NCBI GenBank assembly: GCA_964599005.1
Contig: CAZRDU010000001.1
Coordinates: 1-42,277 of the forward strand
Origin: an uncultured Thermotogae bacterium
GTDB taxonomy: Bacteria; Bipolaricaulota; Bipolaricaulia; M55B111
Reading direction: 5' to 3'
DNA length: 42,277 nucleotides
Shown here: positions 17,766-27,392 of the stretch, one piece after another
Position numbering within the stretch: the stretch's first letter is position 1
Layout of the letters: the number at the start of each line of letters is the position of its first letter
Translations under genes and position numbers: made by a program
Notes under the pieces: generated by a model
Database searches by the model: none
Told to the model about the DNA's origin: nothing
What the model saw: the letters and a program-made list of their open reading frames with translations, nothing else

Positions 17766-18839
17766 GTGAAAGCTCTTTTCCGGTCCCGTAAAACTATTTT
17801 GATTTCCTGTTTGCTTGCACTTTTGTTCTTCGGCTTTTCCACCGCTGGCAAAACCATACAGATCTGCAAAATAGGTTGTGAATTAAATTCTCTTAAAGGG
17901 GCGTTAAAAAGATCGGATAGCGGTGACACCATAAAAGTCCGAAACGGACGGTATTCCGAAAATCTTAGAGTAGATAAGAATATAACGATCGTGGGCACTA
18001 ACTCTCGCTGGGTCAATTTAACTCCAACAGAAGGCAATGCTCCGGTTATGGTCGTTGGGCCGTCTCCCGTGTCCGTAGAACTTAGAAACCTGACTCTGAA
18101 TCCCGGAAAATCCTCCCGAGCAATGGGAATTAAATTAACGGGCGACGCCCGTTTAATTATTAAGGACAGCCGTTTCGCGGGGGGCCAGCTCGGTATCAGA
18201 GCGGAAAATTCCTCCTACCTCAAATTACGAGACGTCGAACTAGACCGCCTAACGACAGGCATCCTCGCGACTCAAAAATCCAAAACGACGGTATTCGAAA
18301 GCAGTCTAACTTCCGCGCGCTCCGGTCTGGTCGCCGAGGACAGTTCCGAGCTCAACTTCATTAACTCCGAAGTAACCGGATGCAGACACAATTCAGTTCT
18401 TGCGAGGGATTCCGCAAAAGTCAATATTCTTGATAGTGATATCTCAAACAACGCAGCTCCCGGAATAGAACTTAAAGATTTTTCCCGTCTAACAGCAAAA
18501 GAATCCCAGATAAGCAACAACAGGGGGGGAGGAGTTCTCCTGAGTGACTCGGCTCAGGCGGACTTGCATAAAAACCGGATCGCCTACAATGAGGATAAAA
18601 ACGTCGCGGTTATCAGTAAAAAATGCGGGTTTAGCGGCCCGATGGAAGGTTTCTTCGGCGAAATAAAAGGGGCAAACAACGATATTCTTCCAGGTAACTC
18701 TAAAACAATCTGCCCGGGGAAATTCTCCCGGATTACAACGGCCGAAGGGGGTACTTCGTCCTACCAGTTTACTCCCAGCACTTACGCCTTTATCGGACTA
18801 ATTGGAGCCGCTACGGTAGTATTTCTGTTTACTCGATGA
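17766..18839 (+). CDS. Right-handed parallel beta-helix repeat protein (NosD/pectate-lyase-like fold) with an N-terminal signal peptide and a C-terminal hydrophobic anchor
   Basis: N-terminus is MKALFRSRKTILISCLLALLFFGFSTAG. The motif GDTIKVRNGRYSENLRVDKNITIVG is followed by repeated roughly 22-aa beta-helix turns (...LKLRDVEL..., ...LNFINSEVTG..., ...VNILDSDISNN...). The C-terminus is YAFIGLIGAATVVFLFTR. Confidence 0.75.
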   Translation: MKALFRSRKTILISCLLALLFFGFSTAGKTIQICKIGCELNSLKGALKRSDSGDTIKVRNGRYSENLRVDKNITIVGTNSRWVNLTPTEGNAPVMVVGPSPVSVELRNLTLNPGKSSRAMGIKLTGDARLIIKDSRFAGGQLGIRAENSSYLKLRDVELDRLTTGILATQKSKTTVFESSLTSARSGLVAEDSSELNFINSEVTGCRHNSVLARDSAKVNILDSDISNNAAPGIELKDFSRLTAKESQISNNRGGGVLLSDSAQADLHKNRIAYNEDKNVAVISKKCGFSGPMEGFFGEIKGANNDILPGNSKTICPGKFSRITTAEGGTSSYQFTPSTYAFIGLIGAATVVFLFTR

Positions 18840-18848
18840 ACTAGCTCG

Positions 18849-19361
18849 CTAAAACCGGGATTCACTCCTCGCTATCACGAAATCGATAAGATATTCCAGT
18901 GCATCGGTGGCTGCATCGTACTTGTTCTCTTTTCTGCTACCGTTCGCGAATAACTTTTCGACCTGACTCGAAGCTGTTGCAGCTAACCCAATGTAGACGA
19001 GACCGACGGGTTTTTCATCCGTTCCCCCGCCCGGCCCGGCAATTCCGGTCGTTGAAATTCCGAAATCCGTCCCCGATCGCTCCCGGACCCCTTCCGCCAT
19101 CTCCAGCGCAACTTCTTCGCTCACAGCTCCATTTGTAGCTAGAGCCTCTTTACTTACCCCGAGTAAATCCATTTTGGACCGGTTGGAATAGGAGACCACG
19201 CCCCTATCGAAGTAGTCCGAAGAACCTGGAACGTTCGTAATTCTGTGGGCAACAAGCCCCCCGGTACAGGACTCAGCTACGGCAAGCGTCAGAGAGCGTT
19301 GCCTCAATAATTCACCAGCTTTTTCCTCCGGGCTTTTTTCGTCCGGATTTTCGCCGTTCAT
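18849..19361 (-). CDS. pncC: CinA C-terminal domain protein / nicotinamide-nucleotide amidohydrolase (PncC-like)
   Basis: [38 protein letters not shown]...LGV....L...[12 protein letters not shown] is the canonical CinA_C signature. At 170 aa it is a stand-alone domain. Confidence 0.88.
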   Translation of the reverse strand: MNGENPDEKSPEEKAGELLRQRSLTLAVAESCTGGLVAHRITNVPGSSDYFDRGVVSYSNRSKMDLLGVSKEALATNGAVSEEVALEMAEGVRERSGTDFGISTTGIAGPGGGTDEKPVGLVYIGLAATASSQVEKLFANGSRKENKYDAATDALEYLIDFVIARSESRF

Positions 19362-19416
19362 TAATTTAAACCCTCCCGGATACTAGTTGACTTCCGCCAA
19401 GGTTCTGATATTTCGG

Positions 19417-21615
19417 CTAACCCGACTTTTCCTTCAACCTTTTTGCTAATGTCGTATAACGTCGCGATTCCCGGTCGTTATTTATCGCTATCCCCATAGC
19501 CTGCTTGCTGCCAACCAGAACTACCAGTTCTCGAGACCGAGTCACGGCGGTATAGAGCAGGTTTCTCTTCAACATCACGTAGTGCTGATTTAACAGAGGG
19601 ATAATGACCGCCTGGTATTCGCTTCCCTGACTCTTGTGGATCGTTATCGCGTAAGCCAGATCCAGCGCCCGGATGTCGTCTTTCTCATAGGGGATGATAC
19701 CGTAATCCGGATACTGAACCTCTATCCGGTCCAGCGACTTATCTGCGCCCACGATCTCACCGATATCACCGTTATAAACACCCTTTTCGTAATCATTTTT
19801 CGTCTGCATAACCTTATCGCCAAGGCGAAATTCCTTCGGTGCGAAAGTAAGGTCTTCCCCGGGATTCAATTTATCCTGAAGTAAGTCGTTTAACCGATCT
19901 ACCCCGGCACCGCCGTTGTACATCGGGGATAGAACCTGCACTTCCTCCGTCGGGTCCAGCCCCCAGTTTCGCGGTATTTGCTCCGAGGCAAGCTCCAGTA
20001 TTTTATCCGCCACCCGGTCCGGTTTTCCCTCTTCGTAGAAAAAGAAATCGGTATCTCCTTCTTGAATTATCGGGAACTCGCCCTCGTTTATCCTGTGAGC
20101 ATTAGTAACGATATCACTTTGCTGCGATTGTCTATAAATTTTGTCAAGTTCCTGGACGCTAACTGAACCCGAATCTATTATATCTTTCATCACGTCACCC
20201 GGTCCTACGGAAGGTAACTGATCTGCATCACCAACCAAAACCAGATTCGTGCCTGCCGGAGTAGCCTGAATCAGGTGGTCTATCAACCAGAGATCCACCA
20301 TGCTAAGTTCATCGACGATTATCGCATCGGTCGATAATTTGTTTTCGCTGTTGTATTCGAATTCTCCCGGAGGTTTGTAGCCAAGGGTTCTGTGGATCGT
20401 CTTCGCCTCACGGCCGGTGGTTTCCTCAAGTCGTTTTGCCGCTCTCCCCGTAGGAGCTGCCAGTATTACTTCCCAGCCCAGGTCCTCCATCAGTTCAATA
20501 ACCCCCGTGATAATAGTTGTTTTACCAGTCCCCGGGCCTCCGGTAATAACCGTCACTTTATCCTTAAGTGACGCTATAATAGCTTTCCGTTGCTCCTCGT
20601 TGTAATCTATCCCCGTCTCGATCTGGTAGCTATCTATCAGTTCATTTATCCTGGATTCGTCCTCGATTCGAGTACCACCGCCGTACTGACTCAAAGCTAC
20701 CAGGTTATTAGCTACTTCTGTTTCAGCATAGTAGAGCGAGGGGAGATATATTTGACTAACGGAGTCCGACGAGGACTCTTCAATCAAGGCTTCACCCGAA
20801 ACCATTTTCTCCAGCGCGGTTTTGAGGGGATCGGGAGGTAACTCCAGGATTTCCCGTGCCCGTTCCAGCAATTTGTTTGCAGGCAGGTAAATATGTCCGT
20901 TGTCGGTTGCTTCTTCCAGCGTGTAGATCAAACCCGCTTCGATCCTCTTCCGGTCCTCTGCCTCCATCCCAACTTTCCGCGCTATCCTATCTGCTATCTT
21001 GAACCCGATACCGTCTATTTCTCTGGTCAGGCGATAAGGATCCTCTTCTACTACCGTTGAAGCGCGAGACCCGTATTCCTCGTATATTTTCAACCCGTAG
21101 GCAGTGCTGATATCGTGCGCCTTAAGGGAGACCATGACGTCTTTTATCTGCCGCTGCCTTTCCCAGCTCTCCTTAATTTTCTCGAGCTTCTTCTCCCCCA
21201 CACCTTTAACTTTCAGCAGGTAATCGGGGTGATCCTCTATCACATCGAGGGTATCTTCACCGAACCTTTCCACGATCTTCTCCGCGTATTTTTCTCCAAC
21301 CCCTTTAATTAAATCCGAAGCGAGGTATCTCTTTACCCCTTTTTCCGTCGTCGGGGTATCTACCTGACATTCCTCTATTTGAAACTGTCGTCCGTACTTT
21401 CGGTGCTTGGTCCATTCCCCGCTCAACACCAGATCCTGTCCTTCGTAAACTTCGGGTGTTTTTCCAACGGCGGTGATTCGACTTTCCCCCTCGTCCGATC
21501 GGATAGCCCGGATAACCCTGAAGCCATTGTCGTCGTTCTGAAAGACCACACTGTCGACTGTAACTTCCAGCTTTTCTTTCTCTGTCAACTGATAAAGAGC
21601 CTCCTTGATCACCAA
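19417..21615 (-). CDS. recD2: ATP-dependent RecD-like DNA helicase (RecD2, SF1B)
   Basis: N-terminal OB-like region plus helix-hairpin-helix repeats (IKGVGEKYAEKIV, VKGVGEKKLEKI). Walker A is VITGGPGTGKTT and Walker B is IIVDELSMVD. The C-terminus has AITIHKSQGSEY, the RecD motif. Confidence 0.92.
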   Translation of the reverse strand: MVIKEALYQLTEKEKLEVTVDSVVFQNDDNGFRVIRAIRSDEGESRITAVGKTPEVYEGQDLVLSGEWTKHRKYGRQFQIEECQVDTPTTEKGVKRYLASDLIKGVGEKYAEKIVERFGEDTLDVIEDHPDYLLKVKGVGEKKLEKIKESWERQRQIKDVMVSLKAHDISTAYGLKIYEEYGSRASTVVEEDPYRLTREIDGIGFKIADRIARKVGMEAEDRKRIEAGLIYTLEEATDNGHIYLPANKLLERAREILELPPDPLKTALEKMVSGEALIEESSSDSVSQIYLPSLYYAETEVANNLVALSQYGGGTRIEDESRINELIDSYQIETGIDYNEEQRKAIIASLKDKVTVITGGPGTGKTTIITGVIELMEDLGWEVILAAPTGRAAKRLEETTGREAKTIHRTLGYKPPGEFEYNSENKLSTDAIIVDELSMVDLWLIDHLIQATPAGTNLVLVGDADQLPSVGPGDVMKDIIDSGSVSVQELDKIYRQSQQSDIVTNAHRINEGEFPIIQEGDTDFFFYEEGKPDRVADKILELASEQIPRNWGLDPTEEVQVLSPMYNGGAGVDRLNDLLQDKLNPGEDLTFAPKEFRLGDKVMQTKNDYEKGVYNGDIGEIVGADKSLDRIEVQYPDYGIIPYEKDDIRALDLAYAITIHKSQGSEYQAVIIPLLNQHYVMLKRNLLYTAVTRSRELVVLVGSKQAMGIAINNDRESRRYTTLAKRLKEKSG

Positions 21616-21774
21616 TGATTCGAAAAAACTATCCAGTTACTTTTACCCGGTTGATCTTATTTAACCGTTAGAAGATAATTTATGACAAAGATAAAAGATC
21701 CAGGCAATAGTTATTTTTAATCATAATAGGATCGGGGGTATAAGGAAAGTCAAAAGATTGCCGGAGGACCCTGC

Positions 21775-22614
21775 ATGTTAAGAATCGGAACAAGCGGTTA
21801 CTCTTACGATGACTGGAAGGGGGTAGTATACCCGGAAGGACTGAACAAGAAGAACTTTCTCGGGCATTACAGGAAATTTTTTAACATCACTGAGATCAAT
21901 TCCACCTACTACCACCTTCCGTCTCCCGGCATGTTCGTCAACATTTTGAAAAAGGTCCCCGATGACTTTCAGTTCGTCGTCAAGCTGTCGAAAGAACTAA
22001 CTCATGAACGCGACAAAACGGCAGACGCAGTGGAAAAATACAAAAAAGGGATAGAACCTCTGGCCGAAAGCGGCCAGCTTGTTACTTTGCTGGCTCAGTT
22101 CCCCTACTCCTTCAAACCAGGCGAAGAGTCATACGATCACTTGAAGTTCTTGAGAGAAGCAATGCCGGACCTGCCGATCAACGTCGAATTTCGCAATAAG
22201 TACTGGATAAACGAAGAAACTTTTAATTTTTTAAAGGAACACCGACTGGGTTACGTCTGTGTCGACATGCCCCCGTTACCCAGGCTGGTTCCTCCGACCG
22301 TGAAAGCCACGACAGAGTTGGGCTACATCCGTTTTCACGGAAGGGTAAAGGAACACTGGTGGAACGCTCCCGAACCTTATATGCGCTACGATTATTCCTA
22401 TGAAAAAGAGGAGCTAGAAGAATGGGTGGATAAAACAAAAGAGCTCGAAAACTACACTGAAAATATCGTAATTTTATTCAATAACCACTATCAGGGAAAG
22501 TCCGCCAGAAATGCGAAGGAATTTGCTTCTATGCTAAACCAGGATAGAGAAGGACGGGAACTTTCAGAGAAAAGCGACTTCCTCCACCCCGGTAAAGATC
22601 TTTTCAGTTCTTGA
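21775..22614 (+). CDS. DUF72 domain-containing protein
   Basis: MLRIGTSGYSYDDWKGVVYPEGL......FNITEINSTYY is the hallmark DUF72 N-terminus. Length is 279 aa. Confidence 0.85.
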   Translation: MLRIGTSGYSYDDWKGVVYPEGLNKKNFLGHYRKFFNITEINSTYYHLPSPGMFVNILKKVPDDFQFVVKLSKELTHERDKTADAVEKYKKGIEPLAESGQLVTLLAQFPYSFKPGEESYDHLKFLREAMPDLPINVEFRNKYWINEETFNFLKEHRLGYVCVDMPPLPRLVPPTVKATTELGYIRFHGRVKEHWWNAPEPYMRYDYSYEKEELEEWVDKTKELENYTENIVILFNNHYQGKSARNAKEFASMLNQDREGRELSEKSDFLHPGKDLFSS

Positions 22615-22947
22615 TCTCTCAATGAACCCCTTATCTCTACGATCTTTCCCCTTGTATCCGTCGATCTAATTACTTATGATAAGTTTCAGTTTGTTTTGTT
22701 GGACATATTTTACTAATATTCCGTCATTTTGTTGAGAAATTTCATATTTTGAGGTTTTAACTTAAGAAACTCTTAAAGATTATTTCGTACCGGGTTGCGA
22801 GGCATGTTGTTTAATCACTGGAACTCTCCGGATAGTTAAACTTTATCTAATTATCGGTTTCGGGGTTTTCTATTTGGAGAGAGTAAATATTGACTTAGAT
22901 AGTTTACACAAACCCCGTGAACAGGGGGAGAAACGGGTGATTATGTC

Positions 22948-23790
22948 GTGGAAGACAAGGTAAATATGTTAAAAGACGTAAATATTGGAATTATCGGGGT
23001 TGGAACGATCGGCGGGACGCTGGTCGATGCTTTAATCAAAAACGAGATCGTTGGTCCAGAACAAATTATCGGCAGCACGTCACACGAAGAAAGCTCTCGA
23101 GAGGTTAAAGAAGAGTACGGCATCGTTTCTACAACGGACAACAGGCGAGTAGTGGAGGAAGCGGATATAGTTGTTCTGGCCGTCGAGCCTCAGATGTTAG
23201 GAAAAGTTCTTGATGAAATAGGTAATTACCTGGACCCGGAACAGCTAATAATTTCAGTAGCAGCTGGAACAACGACCGAGTTCATCGAAGCCAAAATTGA
23301 TCAGGAGATCCCGGTAGTGCGGACCATGCCCAATACCGCCATAACGGTGAATGCCGGTGCTACAGCGATCGTCCCCGGTACTTTTGCCTCAGAATCAGAT
23401 CTTGATCTGACAAAGGAGATTTTTGAACCGGTGGGGCTCGTCGAGAGAGTAGACGAAGAGAATTTGATGGATGCAGTAACTGGATATTCCGGATCGGGAC
23501 CGGCTTACGGTTATCTCGTTATTGAATCTCTTATTGAGGCCGGCGTTAGGGTCGGCCTGCCAAGAGAAAGGGCAACCAAACTAGCAGCACAGTCCCTTCT
23601 CGGCGCGGCGAAAATGGTCCTGGAAACGAACGAGCATCCGGCCAAGTTAAAGGACATGGTTACCACTCCGGCCGGAGTTACCGTCGACGCCGTGATGAAA
23701 CTGGAGGAAGGGGGTGTCCGGGTAGCCTTTTTCAAGGCCATCGAGGAGGCAACGGAAAAATCGCGCCAGCTGAAACTGGATAGCGATTAG
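22948..23790 (+). CDS. proC: Pyrroline-5-carboxylate reductase
   Basis: NIGIIGVGTIGG (NADPH-binding), ...VVRTMPNTA..V..GAT..., ...SGSGPAY......E.L...GV..GLPRE.A..LA.Q...G.A is canonical P5CR sequence. The start is either the GTG at 22948 (GGGTGA 7 nt upstream) or the ATG at 22966. Confidence 0.92.
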   Translation: MEDKVNMLKDVNIGIIGVGTIGGTLVDALIKNEIVGPEQIIGSTSHEESSREVKEEYGIVSTTDNRRVVEEADIVVLAVEPQMLGKVLDEIGNYLDPEQLIISVAAGTTTEFIEAKIDQEIPVVRTMPNTAITVNAGATAIVPGTFASESDLDLTKEIFEPVGLVERVDEENLMDAVTGYSGSGPAYGYLVIESLIEAGVRVGLPRERATKLAAQSLLGAAKMVLETNEHPAKLKDMVTTPAGVTVDAVMKLEEGGVRVAFFKAIEEATEKSRQLKLDSD

Positions 23791-23962
23791 GGGTTGAAAC
23801 CAAGTCATAAAGGTATTAACTAATCTCTATCCGGGATTTGGAACCCAGAATCAGAGAAAAAGGGAATTTAAACCTCCACGGCTTTTATCTTGATAAATAA
23901 AGTCCTAATCGTTACGAAAAATATTCCTGTTAATTCAACTAACTAAATTTGAGGTGATAAAG

Positions 23963-24715
23963 GTGTTACGGGTTGAGAATCTGAATAAGAACTTTGGGGG
24001 GATACACGCCGTAAGGAACTGCTCCATTTCTGTTGAGGAGGGAACTATTACTGGACTGATAGGACCCAATGGAGCGGGCAAAACGACCCTCTTCAACCTC
24101 ATTACCGGCTTTCACGAACCGGACTCCGGTCGAGTTTATTTCAAGGACCAGGATATAACTGACCTTACCCCCCACGAAATCTTCGACAAAAACCTATTCA
24201 GGACCTTTCAAATTACCAGAGAAATTCAAGAGATGACTGTTCTGGAAAACCTGATGTTGATCCCCAGAAACCAGTCGGGAGAAAAGCTCTGGAATACCTG
24301 GTTCAATCGCAACCTTATTGGAAAACAAGAAGACGATCATGAACGGACCGCTCTGGAAGTTCTGGATTTTCTTGAGATGGAAGATCGCAAGTACGATCTG
24401 GCAAAGAACCTGCCGGGCGGGGAAAAGAAATTGCTCGATCTCGGACGGATGATGATGGCAGAACCGGAGATGGTCCTGCTGGACGAACCGGGTTCTGGAG
24501 TACCTCCGTCCCTGCAGACAAAAGTCAATAACCACGTGAGAGATATAAGCGAGGAACAGGGAATAACTTTTTTGGTGGTGGAACATGACATGAACATCAT
24601 TATGGACCTCTGCGATCCCATTATAGTACTGGTGGACGGGGAAAAACTGACAAAAGGTACTCCGGAAGAGGTTCGCAACAACGAACAGGTAATAGAAGCG
24701 TATCTTGGAAGCTAA
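23963..24715 (+). CDS. livG: Branched-chain amino acid (HAAT family) ABC transporter, ATP-binding protein
   Basis: LRVENLNKNFGGIHAVRNCS..V..G.ITGLIGPNGAGKTTLFNLITG matches LivG. The GTG at 23963 is preferred because GAGGTG lies 6 nt upstream; the ORF track starts at 23954. Confidence 0.9.
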   Translation: MLRVENLNKNFGGIHAVRNCSISVEEGTITGLIGPNGAGKTTLFNLITGFHEPDSGRVYFKDQDITDLTPHEIFDKNLFRTFQITREIQEMTVLENLMLIPRNQSGEKLWNTWFNRNLIGKQEDDHERTALEVLDFLEMEDRKYDLAKNLPGGEKKLLDLGRMMMAEPEMVLLDEPGSGVPPSLQTKVNNHVRDISEEQGITFLVVEHDMNIIMDLCDPIIVLVDGEKLTKGTPEEVRNNEQVIEAYLGS

Positions 24716-24736
24716 ATTTACAGGAGGTGAACCAAT

Positions 24737-25438
24737 TTGTCCCTGCTTGATGTTAACGATCTTGCCGCGGGTTACGGGGAAGTGGACGTTCTGCACGGCG
24801 TCTCCCTGGATATCAACGAGGGGGAGCTGGTAGCCACTATCGGTCCCAACGGAGCCGGAAAAACTACCCTTTTACGGACTATATCCGGAGTTCTCCATCC
24901 TGACGGCGGCAACCTGAAGCTAGACGAGGTAGATATAACGAACGAGGACCCTGAGGATACGATCCGCATGGGAATGAGTTACGTTCCCCAGGACGACAAT
25001 ATATTTCCTTCTCTGACGGTAAGGGAAAACCTGGAAATGGGGGCTTTCACCCTGGAGGGGGATTTCGAGGACAGGATAGACGAAATATGCAATATCTTTC
25101 CCCAGCTAAGGGAAAGGATGGGTCAGAAAGCAGGTACCATGTCCGGCGGCCAGCAACAGATGGTAGCCGTGGGGCGGGGAATGCTTATCCGACCAAAATT
25201 ATTGCTTCTTGACGAACCGACGGCTGGATTGCAGCCTTCACTGGTAGATATGATGCTCGGAAAGGTCAAGGAAATTAACGATAGAGGGGTGGCGGTTCTT
25301 CTGGTAGCGCAGACCATAGACGCGCTGCGACTGGCCGACAGGGCTTATCTACTCTCCGCGGGGGAAATGGTCCTGTCCGGTGAAACCGAGGAGTTACTGG
25401 AGACGGACCGGGTCCAAGAATTGTATTTTGGGGGTTAA
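24737..25438 (+). CDS. livF: Branched-chain amino acid ABC transporter, ATP-binding protein
   Basis: GYGEVDVLHGVSLDINEGELVATIGPNGAGKTTLLRTISG and LSGGQQQMVAVGRGMLIRPKLLLLDEPTAGL match LivF. TTG start with AGGAGGTG 7 nt upstream. Confidence 0.9.
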   Translation: MSLLDVNDLAAGYGEVDVLHGVSLDINEGELVATIGPNGAGKTTLLRTISGVLHPDGGNLKLDEVDITNEDPEDTIRMGMSYVPQDDNIFPSLTVRENLEMGAFTLEGDFEDRIDEICNIFPQLRERMGQKAGTMSGGQQQMVAVGRGMLIRPKLLLLDEPTAGLQPSLVDMMLGKVKEINDRGVAVLLVAQTIDALRLADRAYLLSAGEMVLSGETEELLETDRVQELYFGG

Positions 25439-25453
25439 CTGAGGTGAAAAAAG

Positions 25454-26380
25454 ATGGCTGATCTGTTTGTAAACGGACTTATCCTTGGTAGCATATTTAC
25501 ACTTGGCGCAATTGGAGTTACGTTAATCGCCGATATTTTGAATTTTTTCAACTTTGCTCACGGCGATATGCTTAGTTTCGGCGCTTACCTTGCTCTGTTC
25601 TTCGTCGGAATACTGCCCAGCTGGGGGAATTTCCCCTGGCTTTCATTCGGTCCCTCTATGATCTTTGGGATAATTTTCGCAATGGTAGTTACGGCGGCGT
25701 TCGCCTTATTCTTTGACAAGGTTCTGTTCAAACCATTAAGGGAAAGAGGGGCAAGCGAACTTTTCCTGGCTCTGTCTTCTCTGGGTGTGGCTTTTATCTT
25801 TCGTTCTATTATCCGACTGGTATGGGGGCCTCAAGCCCAGTATTACGGCGGACTACAGATGGCAAGACAGTATCCACTGGGGATCTCAATTAAACCGGAT
25901 GAATTCTTTATCGTCGGGATCACTCTTTTCCTTGTTATAACCGTTTATCTTTTCCTTAAGAAAACAAAAATAGGCAAAGCAATGAGAGCGGCCTCGGACA
26001 ACGAAACTCTGGCCCGGGTTACGGGAATTGATACGGAAAGGGTGGTAAACTGGACCTGGATCATAGCGGTTTCGCTTACTGCAGCGGCCGGTGTTCTCTA
26101 CGGAATAGAAGTTCAACTCCGTCCGATCATGGGCTGGAATATCCTGATTCCAATATTTGTCGCGGTCGTCGTCGCGGGCGTCGGGGACCTCTGGGGAGCA
26201 ATGGTAGGAGCCATGATTATCGGTGTCGCTCAGGAAATGTTCACGGGAGTACTGCAAAATATATTCGACAGCTTAAATATGGACGTTTTAATGACCGCTT
26301 ACAAACCAGCGATAGCATTCGTTTTAATGGTTATAGTACTGCTGGTTAGACCACAGGGTATATTTGGAACAGGGGAGTGA
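25454..26380 (+). CDS. livH: Branched-chain amino acid ABC transporter permease
   Basis: LivH-type polytopic permease, 308 aa, beginning LFVNGLILGSIFTLGAIGVTLI....NF.NFAHGD. Confidence 0.88.
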   Translation: MADLFVNGLILGSIFTLGAIGVTLIADILNFFNFAHGDMLSFGAYLALFFVGILPSWGNFPWLSFGPSMIFGIIFAMVVTAAFALFFDKVLFKPLRERGASELFLALSSLGVAFIFRSIIRLVWGPQAQYYGGLQMARQYPLGISIKPDEFFIVGITLFLVITVYLFLKKTKIGKAMRAASDNETLARVTGIDTERVVNWTWIIAVSLTAAAGVLYGIEVQLRPIMGWNILIPIFVAVVVAGVGDLWGAMVGAMIIGVAQEMFTGVLQNIFDSLNMDVLMTAYKPAIAFVLMVIVLLVRPQGIFGTGE

Positions 26381-26384
26381 GACG

Positions 26385-27326
26385 ATGTTAAGTTATTTCA
26401 TATCTTACTTGATCATGGCCAGTACTTACGGAATAGCTGCCCTGGCTCTCAACCTACAATGGGGTTTCACTGGCTTAATGAACTTCGGCATAGGAACGTT
26501 TTACTTCGTCGGTGCTTACACTTCGGCAATATTAACCACAAACGCTTCTCCTGATTACCTCGGCGGTTTTGGCATGCCCTTTATCGTTGGGCTTTTAGGA
26601 GCCGTAGTCATTTCGGGCCTTCTGGCATATCTTCTGGCTTTCCCCGCTTTAAAATTACGCGGTGGCTTCTTTGCCATCTCCATGCTGGCTATTTCAGAGA
26701 CCATTCGGTTGATCGTGAAGAACGAGAAATGGCTTACCAACGGAGTCTGGGGGATAAGAGGAATACCTCAGCCGGTTAGAAACCTTGTTGGGGCCGATAT
26801 CTCGGAATGGGTTTACCTGGGGATAGCCGGATTGCTTCTATATCTCTTCTATCGCTTAACGGAGATCGGCGTTCGTTCTCCCTGGGGGCGGGTACTGAAC
26901 GCAGTGAGAGAGGACGAAAAAATGGCCGAAATGTCGGGCAAAAATAGCTGGAACATAAAGATGCAGTCTTTCGTCTTTGGCTCGATGATCATGGGAGTCG
27001 CCGGAGCGCTCTACGCCCACTACATCGGCTTTATAAGTCCAAGCTCTTTCACACCGTTAATGGCCACATTCATCGTCTGGCTGATGATCCTCCTGGGCGG
27101 CACTGGAAGCAATAAAGGAGTAATAATAGGTGCTTTTGTAGTCTGGGGAGTCTGGATCGGCAGTGAGTTTTTAATAGACGTTCTGCCGTCAGGTATAACC
27201 AGTCAGGCTGGATTCATTCGTATGCTCCTGATGGGAATTTTACTCGACGTAATATTGCTTCTTCGCCCTCAGGGTCTGTTCGGTCGAGAAAAAGTGATCT
27301 CGAAACTGGGAAGCAGTTCTGAGTAG
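26385..27326 (+). CDS. livM: Branched-chain amino acid ABC transporter permease
   Basis: LivM-type permease (AALALNLQWGFTGLMNFGIGTFYFVGAYT). The ATG at 26385 lies 4 nt after the livH stop, with GGGGAG upstream. The ORF track starts at the TTG at 26364. Confidence 0.88.
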   Translation: MLSYFISYLIMASTYGIAALALNLQWGFTGLMNFGIGTFYFVGAYTSAILTTNASPDYLGGFGMPFIVGLLGAVVISGLLAYLLAFPALKLRGGFFAISMLAISETIRLIVKNEKWLTNGVWGIRGIPQPVRNLVGADISEWVYLGIAGLLLYLFYRLTEIGVRSPWGRVLNAVREDEKMAEMSGKNSWNIKMQSFVFGSMIMGVAGALYAHYIGFISPSSFTPLMATFIVWLMILLGGTGSNKGVIIGAFVVWGVWIGSEFLIDVLPSGITSQAGFIRMLLMGILLDVILLLRPQGLFGREKVISKLGSSSE

Positions 27327-27336
27327 TACAAAAAAT

Positions 27337-27376
27337 AAAAAAGGGGACCCCTATTCCGGGATCCCCTTTTATTTTT
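27337..27376. terminator. Bidirectional intrinsic terminator between livM and the convergent substrate-binding protein gene
   Basis: AAAAAAGGGGACCC / GGGATCCCCTTTT stem with one bulge. It is flanked by an A-run on the left and TTTTATTTTT on the right. Confidence 0.7.
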
Positions 27377-27392
27377 CCCTTAGGTTAATTCA

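Noticed and set aside
19417-21615. RecD-like helicase as part of a defence system
   Set aside because: It has the housekeeping RecD2 architecture (N-terminal OB/HhH region, SF1B motifs). No adjacent nuclease, methylase, ATPase or other defence partner is present, and the neighbours are pncC and DUF72.
24194-24796. 200-aa ORF antisense to livG/livF, with shorter antisense ORFs at 24315..24521 and 24337..24681
   Set aside because: The sense strand encodes textbook LivG/LivF with Walker motifs. Stop-free antisense frames are expected where the sense codons are GAA/GAG/GAC-rich.
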